A stretch of 46,275 nt of DNA from an uncultured Verrucomicrobiae bacterium. GTDB lineage: Bacteria > Verrucomicrobiota > Verrucomicrobiia > Chthoniobacterales > JAATET01. Below the pieces are notes generated by a model. That model was not told where the DNA came from and searched no databases. It worked only from the letters and a program-made list of their open reading frames with translations. The translations under genes and the position numbers were made by a program. The stretch covers positions 1-46,275 of the forward strand of contig CAVRCI010000016.1 of the NCBI GenBank assembly GCA_963719495.1. Reading direction: 5' to 3'. How positions within the stretch are numbered: position 1 is the first letter of the stretch; every line of letters begins with the position of its first letter. Below are positions 9,093 through 17,381 of the stretch, one piece after another.

Positions 9093-9196
9093 GTCGCTCC
9101 GGAGAACTCCGGCGTGCGGATTGAAACCTTGTGATGTAGTCGATGAGGTTCGCTAATCGGGGTCGGTCGGAATTTAACCGACCGACTCCTTTGAAC
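9093..9196 (+). CRISPR. Solitary CRISPR-like unit (divergent repeat + 34-nt spacer + hairpin); candidate crRNA-like regulatory RNA
   Basis: 9093-9127 GTCGCTCCGGAGAACTCCGGCGTGCGGATTGAAAC shares the 5' GTCGC and 3' GCGGATTGAAAC of the array repeat and forms its own stem (CCGGA/TCCGG). Spacer 9128-9161. Then 9162-9196 GTCGGTCGG-AATTTAA-CCGACCGAC-TCCTTTGAAC. Confidence 0.8.
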
Positions 9197-11562
9197 CTAC
9201 GGGATGAACGCGTGCGGATCATCGGGTGCGTCTCGAGGCTTGAGTCCGGTGAGGGGGTGGTAGTCATTTTCCGGGTGATCGAGGATGGCGAAGGCTTCCT
9301 CGCAGTGAAGGCTGAGGAGGGGGAGAAGTTGGTGCCATTCGCTTTCGTATACCTGGACGGTGAATTGCTGGGCGCGCCGATAATGTCCACGATTCGGGGC
9401 GCGGTTTTGTTTTTTCAGATCACGGATCTCCTGGGCGAGGCGCCGACCTTGGCAACCCCAGGGGATGAGGACGGAATGGGTCTCGCTGTCGATGAGGCGG
9501 AAGCGTTCAGCGGCGGTCTTGTAGCGGTAGGTTTGGAAGTCCGAGGAGTTGGGGGGGAAACAGGCATCCCCCGAAACGATGTGCGGTTTGTCCCATTGTT
9601 CGGTCTTGGGGCCGGCTTGCCAGATGGCGTGCTCGAAATATGTGCGGATGAGATCGGGGTGAAGGAGGTCGCGATTTTCGAGGTTTGGGAGGATGTGCGA
9701 GCGGGTGATGGCGGCGTTGGTTGTGAGATCGGTGAGGCCTTTCGGAATCGGGTGGTCGCTGGGGGAGAACAGAAAGACGCGGCCCCGGTCGGGGAGGAGT
9801 TCGCCGTGGCGGTTGCAGCGGCCCGCGGCCTGGGCAAACGAATCGAGTCCGCATTCGGCGCGATAGACGACGGGGAAGCTGATGTCGACGCCCGCTTCGA
9901 CGAGCTGGGTGGCGACGAGGACGATTGGATGGCCGTGTTTCCGGAGCCGCTTGGCTTGGGCGAGCACGAGCGTGACGTGCCGGGGGCACATGCGGGCGGA
10001 GAGATGAAGGGCGATGGTGTGGCGGCTCAGTTTTTCGTGGAGGGTCCGAGCGGCCTTCGTGGTGTTGACGATGAGGAGGCAGCCGTTGGAGGCGTTCTCG
10101 AGGATATGGGAGATGAGTGTTTCGTCATCGAGTGAACCGAGGGTCTCGGAGACCACGCGTTCGAGGGCCTGGAACAGTGACGCGCGATCTCTCACGATTT
10201 CGGTGATCTCCGCGGGCGGGATGCCGATTTTGAAATCGTCGCGGCGTTCGAGGGCGGGTTGGGTGGCTGTGCAGAGAACGGCGGTCGAGCCGAGGTCGTG
10301 GACGAGGCAACGGAGTCCGCGGAGGATGGGATGAAGCAGGGAGGCGGGAAGCGCCTGAACTTCGTCGAAGATGACAACGCTGCGAGCGATGCGATGGAGT
10401 TTGCGACAGGCGCTCGTACGGTTAGCGAAGAGCGATTCGAAGAAGCGGACGTTCGTGGTGACGATCAGCGGGGCGTCCCAGTTCTCGGCGGCGAGACGGT
10501 TAAATTCGGTCTCGTTTTTCGGATCGAATTTGGAGTGGTGTTCGAGCACGAGGTCGCGGCCGAGTTCTTTCGATAGCGGGGCGAAGACGGAGCGAAAGAC
10601 GTCGGCGTTCTGCTTGATGATGCTCGTGAAGGGGATGACCAGGATGATGCGGCGATGCCCGTTGTTCAGCGCATGACGAAGGGCGAAGAGCAGGGACGAG
10701 AGGTTTTGCCGCCGCCGGTTGGGACCGTCAGGGAAAAGAAGCCGGTTTCTCGGTCGGCGGCGGAAACGCAGTCGCGGCGGACGATTTCGCGGGCTTGATG
10801 GACGGGGTCGTCGCCGGGTGAGGAGAATTTCTCCGTGATGTGAGACTCGAGGGAACGAAGCATGCGCTCGAGGATATCGTCGGGCCACGGTTGGCGGAGT
10901 TCGGTTCGTTCTGGTTGCATGAAGGCCTCGGTCGCAAGGAAGTCGGCATCGACGAGGCACGAGAAGACGAAGCGGAGGAGGAAGGATAGGCCGTCATTGC
11001 CCGCGTCGGGGCGGGTGAGCGGGGGTGTGGGTAACCTGGCGTCGAACGGAACGCCGGCGGCTGTCGCGTGGGTGCGCCATTCGTTGATCGGTTTGCCCAG
11101 GCGTTCGTTGAAGAGATAGGAGGCATCGGCGAGGCCGGCATGATGGCCCGCGATAAGATAGCTGAGAAGCGGGCCGAATGGGGGTAATCCGTGGGCGAAG
11201 ACGGCCCCGGCTGTGGAGTGGTCTTCCTTCTTTGCCGGGGTGCCGGTGCTTTCGGCGGTGTGGGGGTCGGATTTGGCCTCGAGGTAGGACTGCCACTCGG
11301 AAGCGAATTTTCCGAGGTCGTGCCAGAGGCCGGTGAGATGGCCCCATTGGCGGGCGGCTTCGCGGTCGGGGCCGGGGGGGAACATTTCGGCGGAGAATTT
11401 GGCGGTCCACCAGGCGACTTTGTTGAGGTGGCCGTGGCGAGGGTCGAGGGATTCGCAGGCGGCGCAAGGGTCGCCGGTGAGTGCAGGGCAGTCGGGGGTG
11501 AAGAGGGGTTCCCAGTGGTCCTTGGTCTTTCCCTCGAGGGTGTGGGCGTGGAATTGGGTCAT
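9197..11562 (-). CDS. cas3: Cas3 HD nuclease-helicase (~788 aa) with a 1-nt frameshift at ~10702
   Basis: HDLGK, IAGHHAGL, SCLVDADFLATE and PTGGGKT lie in ORF 10666..11562. LSSLLFAL, FDEVQ, CTATQP, VATQLVEAGVDISF and QAAGRCNR lie in ORF 9197..10960. One extra G in GG at 10702-10703 restores the frame. Confidence 0.95.
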
Positions 11563-11758
11563 GGGTGGGGAGGGGTTTTAGCTTTACGTTTTACGTGAAT
11601 CAGGAAGCTTGGCGGCTTTTTCGCTAGTTGACCATGGGGGGACAGTGGCGGGGCGGAGTCCCCGGGTTTTTGGTGAGGGATTTGACGGCTTTGCCGGATT
11701 GGGTTGGGTCGGCGATTGCAAATCGCCGCTCCTTGATCGAGGCTTTCCGTTTGTCGTG

Positions 11759-14700
11759 ATGCAGACTTCGAACCATTCCGTGATCCGCATCAAGGGCGCG
11801 CGGCAGCACAACCTGCGGAATCTGGATCTGGAGATTCCGCGCAATCAACTCGTGGTCGTCACCGGGTTGAGCGGTTCGGGGAAGTCTTCGTTGGCGTTCG
11901 ATACGCTCTACGCGGAGGGGCAGCGGAAATACGTGGAAAGCCTCTCGGCTTACGCGCGGCAGTTTCTGGATCAGCTGAAGAAGCCGGACGTGGACTACAT
12001 CGAGGGGCTGAGTCCGGCCATTGCCATCGAGCAGCGGACGAGCGGGGCGAATCCGCGGTCGACCATCGCGACGACAACGGAGATCTACGATTACCTGCGG
12101 TTGCTCTTCGCGGCGGTCGGGTTGCCGCACGATCCGGTGACGGGCGCGCCGGTGGTGCGGCAGACGCCGCAGCAGATCGCCGACGTGGTCGCGGGGTGGC
12201 CGGAAGGGACGAAGTTCATGGTCCTGGCTCCGCTGATCGAGGGGGAGGTGGGGGAATTTCGCGACGTGATCGAGAAGGCGCGGCGGGAGGGCTTCGTGCG
12301 GCTGCGGATCGACGGGGAGATGGTGGAACTCGGAGCGCCGGATCCGATCAAGCTGGAAAAAACGAAGGCGCACGTGATCGAGGCGGTCGTCGACCGGCTG
12401 ACGGTGCGGGAGGAGATGAGTCAGCGGTTGGCGGATTCCATCGCGATGGCTTTGCGGTGGGGAACGAATCAGCTGACCGTGATCCGGCAGGATGCGGATT
12501 CGCGGGAGTGGGTGCCGGAGAGGTTTTCGACGGATTATTGCAATCCGGAGACGGGGTTCACGATGGCGAAGCTGACGCCGAAGCATTTCTCGTTTAACAG
12601 TCACTTCGGGGCGTGTCCGGCTTGTCACGGGATTGGGACTCAGCGGTTTTGCGATCCGGAGCTGATGGTGGATCCGGCGAAGTCGCTGAAACAGGGCGCG
12701 GTGAAGCCGTGGAAGTCGGTGAACAAGAAGATGCGGGCCTATTATGCGGCGCTGGAGGCTGGGATGATCGATGCTTACGGGGTGGATGCGGATCGGCCAT
12801 TTCGCGATCTGGCGGCGGACTTCACGGACGCACTGTTTTACGGGACCGGGAGTCGGAAGATTGCGATCAAGTCCGGCGCTAAGACGATCGAGAAGCCGTT
12901 CGAGGGTTTGGTGCCGATGCTCGGGCGGCTGCTGGAGCAGAGTGAGAGCGAGCTGACGAAGAATCGGCTGCGGGCGTTCACGGGATGGGAGAAATGCAAG
13001 GTCTGTCGGGGGGCTCGGTTGAAACCGGAGATTTTGGCGGTGACGGTGGCGGCTCGGGTGGCGGAACCATCCGATTCGGAGGGTGGGGTCTCTGTTGGGC
13101 CGGGTTCTTCGGGGAAGCGGGGGCGAAGGGTGAAAAATCACGGCTCGGCGGGAGCCTCGCCCTCCGGGGTTGGGTCGCTTCGCGAATACAATATCAACGA
13201 GCTTTGCTCTTTGAGTATCGAGCGGGCTCTGGATGTGGCTGGGCGGCTGGAACTGAAGCCGGCGGAGAAGGCGGTGATGGGGGACGTTTTTCGGGAGGTG
13301 ACTCAGAGGTTGGGATTTTTGACGGAGGTGGGTTTGGGTTACCTTAGTCTCAATCGGGAGAGTGGGACGTTGTCGGGTGGGGAGGCTCAGCGGATCCGGT
13401 TGGCGACGCAGATTGGAAGTGGGTTGGCGGGGGTGCTTTACGTTTTGGACGAGCCTTCGATTGGATTGCATCAGCGGGACAACGATCGGCTGATCGGGAC
13501 TTTGCGGAACCTGCGGGACTTGGGGAATTCGGTGATCGTGGTGGAGCACGACGAGGACACGATCCGGGCGGCGGATCACGTGATCGACATCGGGCCGGGG
13601 GCGGGGCCGCGGGGCGGGCGGCTCGTTGCGCAGGGGACGATCGACGAGGTGATGGCGGTGGAGGAATCGCTGACAGCGCAGTATTTGAGCGGGCGGCTGG
13701 GGATTTCCGTTCCGAAGAATCGGGCGCAGCCTCGGAAGGGGCGGGAGCTGGCGGGGGAGATCGGCGACGGGTGGCTGACCGTGATCGGGGCGCGGGAAAA
13801 TAATCTCAAGAACGTGCGGGCGGCGTTTCCGGCGGGGCTTTTTACCTGCGTGACGGGGGTGTCGGGGAGCGGGAAGTCGACGCTGGTGAACGACATTCTT
13901 TGGGCGGCGCTGGCGCGGGATCTCAATGGCGCGAAGGTGAAGCCGGGGGCGCACCGGGAAATCGTGGGGACGGAGCAATTCGACAAGGTGGTCGTGATCG
14001 ACCAAAGCCCGGTGGGGCGGACGCCACGGTCGAATCCGGCGACGTATTCCGGAGCGCTCGGGCCGATTCGCGAGCTATTCTGTCAGCTCCCGGCGGCCCG
14101 GGTGCGGGGATACGCCTCGGGGCGGTTCTCGTTCAATATGAAGGGGGGACGGTGCGAGCACTGTCAGGGTGACGGGCAGATCAAGATCGAGATGCATTTC
14201 CTGGCGGACGTTTACGTCGAGTGCGAGGTGTGCCACGGGCGGCGGTATAACCGGGAGACGCTGGAGATCACTTACAAGGGGAAGAACATCGCGGACGTGC
14301 TGGACATGACGATCGACGAGGCGGCGCGGTTTTTTCGGGCGGTGCCGGCGTTGTCGGATAAGTTGGAGACGATGCTGCAGGTTGGGCTCGGGTATCTGCG
14401 GCTCGGGCAGTCGGCGACGACGTTGTCGGGGGGTGAGGCGCAGCGGTTGAAGTTGGCGACGGAGCTGGCGCGGCGGGCGACGGGGCGGACGGTTTACATC
14501 CTGGATGAGCCGACGACGGGGTTGCACTTTGCGGACATTCATAAGCTGCTCGAGGTGCTGATGAAGCTGCGGGACGCGCGGAATACTCTTATTGTGATCG
14601 AGCACAATCTGGAGGTGATCAAGACGGCGGACTGGGTGATCGACCTGGGGCCGGAGGGCGGCGACGCGGGCGGGACGGTGGTGTGCGAGGGGACGCCGGA

Positions 14701-14761
14701 GACCGTGGCGGGGTGCGAGGGGAGCTATACGGGGCGGTATTTGCGGCGGATTTTGGGGTGA
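11759..14761 (+). CDS. uvrA: Excinuclease ABC subunit A
   Basis: IRIKGARQHNL, TGLSGSGKSSLAFDT, zinc fingers, two LSGGEAQR motifs, second Walker A GVSGSGKS. Confidence 0.98.
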   Translation: MQTSNHSVIRIKGARQHNLRNLDLEIPRNQLVVVTGLSGSGKSSLAFDTLYAEGQRKYVESLSAYARQFLDQLKKPDVDYIEGLSPAIAIEQRTSGANPRSTIATTTEIYDYLRLLFAAVGLPHDPVTGAPVVRQTPQQIADVVAGWPEGTKFMVLAPLIEGEVGEFRDVIEKARREGFVRLRIDGEMVELGAPDPIKLEKTKAHVIEAVVDRLTVREEMSQRLADSIAMALRWGTNQLTVIRQDADSREWVPERFSTDYCNPETGFTMAKLTPKHFSFNSHFGACPACHGIGTQRFCDPELMVDPAKSLKQGAVKPWKSVNKKMRAYYAALEAGMIDAYGVDADRPFRDLAADFTDALFYGTGSRKIAIKSGAKTIEKPFEGLVPMLGRLLEQSESELTKNRLRAFTGWEKCKVCRGARLKPEILAVTVAARVAEPSDSEGGVSVGPGSSGKRGRRVKNHGSAGASPSGVGSLREYNINELCSLSIERALDVAGRLELKPAEKAVMGDVFREVTQRLGFLTEVGLGYLSLNRESGTLSGGEAQRIRLATQIGSGLAGVLYVLDEPSIGLHQRDNDRLIGTLRNLRDLGNSVIVVEHDEDTIRAADHVIDIGPGAGPRGGRLVAQGTIDEVMAVEESLTAQYLSGRLGISVPKNRAQPRKGRELAGEIGDGWLTVIGARENNLKNVRAAFPAGLFTCVTGVSGSGKSTLVNDILWAALARDLNGAKVKPGAHREIVGTEQFDKVVVIDQSPVGRTPRSNPATYSGALGPIRELFCQLPAARVRGYASGRFSFNMKGGRCEHCQGDGQIKIEMHFLADVYVECEVCHGRRYNRETLEITYKGKNIADVLDMTIDEAARFFRAVPALSDKLETMLQVGLGYLRLGQSATTLSGGEAQRLKLATELARRATGRTVYILDEPTTGLHFADIHKLLEVLMKLRDARNTLIVIEHNLEVIKTADWVIDLGPEGGDAGGTVVCEGTPETVAGCEGSYTGRYLRRILG
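13078..13165. repeat. REP doublet inserted in frame in uvrA
   Basis: 13141-13165 is the reverse complement of GGAGGGCGAGGCTCCCGCCGAGCCG. 13078-13102 (GGAGGGTGGGGTCTCTGTTGGGCCG) is a transition-only degenerate copy in the opposite orientation. Confidence 0.7.
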
Positions 14762-14828
14762 GGCTTCCACGCGGAGGACGGGAAGAACGCTATGTGGATA
14801 CGGCCTGCGGCTTTTTTCAAAACTTGGA

Positions 14829-14987
14829 ATGTTGAGGCGGAGCGAAGCATCTCTGGCTTCTTAGACTAAGGGATGGAGCGGGGCGGCGCGGGGCGATGGC
14901 GTCTGTCCATGCCGAGCTTTTTCGCCGAACGCGGATTTTTCCGTTTTCGTGTCAGCCAGAGATTCTTCGCTTCGCTCAGAATGACAG
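14829..14987. repeat. Inverted pair of TGTCAT..TGAGCGAAGCGAA.ATCTCTGGCT-type repeats between convergent uvrA and chitosanase genes
   Basis: 14829-14858 and 14954-14987 are near reverse complements; a third copy lies at 26591-26624. Confidence 0.7.
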
Positions 14988-14998
14988 GTGGGGGATGG

Positions 14999-15757
14999 TC
15001 ACTTCAGAATCGTGAAGTGGTTGCCGTAGCAGTCGATTTCCATCGGGGGACGGAGGTGGACGTTGCGGTCTCTTTGCAGGCGTTGGTAGACGCGGATTCG
15101 GTCGGTGGCGAGGTTCCAGACCGGGTCGGCTCGGAGGGTTCGGAGGCGGGTTGATAGAAATGTTTTTAGCCAGGCGGATTCGTTGACACCTTCGGACGGG
15201 GTGCCGCCGGCTCGGCGTTTGGTGCGGCGGAGGAGGCGGTTGATGCCGTCTTCGCCGTGATTGACGTAGGCGTCGTAGAGTTGGCCGAGGGTGAGGTGGC
15301 GGCGGGCGCCGAGGCGTTTGGCGAGGCGGCGGGCCGGTCGCCAGGCGAGGCGGTCGACGAGGACGTGCTGGGCGTGGCGGAACTTCGGGTCGCTGCCGAG
15401 TGATTGGAAAACCAAGGGGAAATCTTCGAGGCCGGTCGTGTCGGGATTGCGGCCTTCGGAGTCGTGGGGTCCGGCGTCGATGCGGCGGAAGGCGGGGAGG
15501 AATTGGTTGAGCGGGTTGTCGCGGCGCTGGCGACGGTATTCTTCGAGGAAGAACGTCCCGGAGTAGGTGCCGCTGGTGAAACCGGGGAATCCGAAGGTCC
15601 AGCCGCGCTGGTCGCCGATGTTGGCGACGTAGGTGTAGTTCAGGTCGAGCGAGCTGTTTTCGAAGATCGAGGTGAGCTGCTGGATGGTGCGCTTGGGGGC
15701 GGCTGGGAGGGTGGGAATGGCTGCCAGGAGGACGATGATGGTGGTCCGGAGCAACAC
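14999..15757 (-). CDS. Secreted chitosanase, glycoside hydrolase family 46
   Basis: QLTSIFENSS…YVANIGDQRGWTFGFPGFTSGT, LYDAYVNHG; signal-peptide-like N-terminus from GTG 15757. Confidence 0.88.
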   Translation of the reverse strand: MLLRTTIIVLLAAIPTLPAAPKRTIQQLTSIFENSSLDLNYTYVANIGDQRGWTFGFPGFTSGTYSGTFFLEEYRRQRRDNPLNQFLPAFRRIDAGPHDSEGRNPDTTGLEDFPLVFQSLGSDPKFRHAQHVLVDRLAWRPARRLAKRLGARRHLTLGQLYDAYVNHGEDGINRLLRRTKRRAGGTPSEGVNESAWLKTFLSTRLRTLRADPVWNLATDRIRVYQRLQRDRNVHLRPPMEIDCYGNHFTILK

Positions 15758-15881
15758 GGGTTTAATTTGGGGCGTTTCCCCGGAGCGCGCAATGGGAGAG
15801 TTGATCTGCGGCTTCGCCGTGGGGTCGATGCGCCGGGCTGGAAGCCCGGCGCGACAGGTAGGATGCCTGTTTTTCACTCGT

Positions 15882-17267
15882 TTACGCGGTGTGGCGGACG
15901 GTGTCCGTCACCGTGAAGTCACCTTTGATTTGGACTTTGGCGTATTCGGTCAGGAGGACTTGGTTGAGCTTGATGCCGGCTTCGAAGTTGCGGACCGGGA
16001 AGTTTTCGTTGGGGCTGTGGGCGGCGCAGTCCGGGCTGGCCAACGCCGGGAGGTAACTTTCGACGCCGAGAATTTTCTTAAACGTTGTGAGGATTGGGAT
16101 GCTGCCGCCTTCGCGGAGGAGGGCGGGTTTTTCGCCGAAGACTTCCGCCAACGCTCGGAGGGTGGCCTCGCCGTCCGGGGTGGTCGGGTCGGTGAAGTAG
16201 GGTTCGCCGTGGTGGCCGCGCTCGATCTCGAGGGTGACGCCGGGTGGGCATTTGGCGCGGAGGTGGGCTTCGGCGAGGGCGCTGATCTTGGCGGGATCCT
16301 GGTTGGCGACGAGGCGGAAGGTGAGTTTGAAGAAGGCTTCGGCGGGAAGGACGGTCTTACTGCCCTGACCCTGATAGCCGCCGCCGATGCCGTTGACTTC
16401 GGCGGTGGGGCGGGCGCCAATTTGCTCGATGGCGGTGTAGCCCTTTTCGCCGAAGAGGGCGGGGCTGCCGGTTTGGTCGAGGAAATCGGCGTCGGAGGTC
16501 GGGAGATCGGCGGCGGCGGCGCGCTCCCAGTCGGCCATGGGCTGGACGTCGTCGTAAAAGCCGGGAATGAGGACGCGGCCTTCGTCGTCGTGGAGGCTGG
16601 CGACGAGGCGGGCGGTGGCGGTGGCAGGGTTCATGACCGCGCCGCCGTAAACGCCGGAATGAAGGTCGACGCTGGGGCCTTTGACCTTGGCCTCGAGGGC
16701 GGTGATGCCGCGGAGGGCGTAGGCGAGGGTGGGGTGGAAATCGGCGACCATGCCGTTGTCGGAGATGCAGACAAGGTCGCAGCGAAGGTCTTCGCGGTGG
16801 TCGGCGAGGAATTTTTCCAGGTTCGGGCTGCCGATTTCCTCTTCGCCTTCGATGAGGAAAATGACGTTGACCGGCAGCGTGCCGCCGCTGGCGAGAGCGT
16901 CGCGGACGCCGAGGACGTGGGCGAGAATTTGCCCTTTGTTATCGGTGGAGCCGCGGGCCCAGATGCGGCCGTCGATCACGGTCGGCTCGAAGGGCGGGGT
17001 GCGCCAGAGGTCGAGCGGATCGGGCGGCTGAACGTCGTAGTGACCGTAGATGAGGACGGTGCGCTTGGCGGGATCGGGCTCGGCGGTGCGGGCGAGGATG
17101 ACCGGGTGGCCGGGGGTGACGTGGATGGTGGATTGCAGGCCGCTGGTTTGGAGGAGGTTGCTGAGCCAATCGGCGCACTCGCGGAGGTCGGAGTCGTGCT
17201 CGGATTGGGTCGAAATCGTCGGAAAACGGAGAAATTTGAGGAGGAGGTCGAGGTGGTCGGTTGGCAT
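15882..17267 (-). CDS. M20/M25/M40 family metallo-dipeptidase
   Basis: YGHYDVQP, ARGSTDNKGQ, EGEEEIGS, DLHSG, GGSIPI, AHSPNE. Confidence 0.93.
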   Translation of the reverse strand: MPTDHLDLLLKFLRFPTISTQSEHDSDLRECADWLSNLLQTSGLQSTIHVTPGHPVILARTAEPDPAKRTVLIYGHYDVQPPDPLDLWRTPPFEPTVIDGRIWARGSTDNKGQILAHVLGVRDALASGGTLPVNVIFLIEGEEEIGSPNLEKFLADHREDLRCDLVCISDNGMVADFHPTLAYALRGITALEAKVKGPSVDLHSGVYGGAVMNPATATARLVASLHDDEGRVLIPGFYDDVQPMADWERAAAADLPTSDADFLDQTGSPALFGEKGYTAIEQIGARPTAEVNGIGGGYQGQGSKTVLPAEAFFKLTFRLVANQDPAKISALAEAHLRAKCPPGVTLEIERGHHGEPYFTDPTTPDGEATLRALAEVFGEKPALLREGGSIPILTTFKKILGVESYLPALASPDCAAHSPNENFPVRNFEAGIKLNQVLLTEYAKVQIKGDFTVTDTVRHTA

Positions 17268-17381
17268 GGCGGGCACTAGATGTTGTGGTTGGTGGGTAGA
17301 AATGAGGGCCAAATTGTGTTTTTCAATTGATCGAGCGGCGACCCGGTCCCTAATTTGCCCGGCAACCCTAGAGGACCCAAC

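Noticed and set aside
4770..11562. Absence of cas6
   Set aside because: Normal for type I-C, where Cas5d processes crRNA.
11563..11760. cas3/uvrA intergenic region as target of the solitary spacer
   Set aside because: Only weak similarity (TCGTGATGCAGAC) with no TTC PAM next to a seed match; far poorer than 8634-8651.
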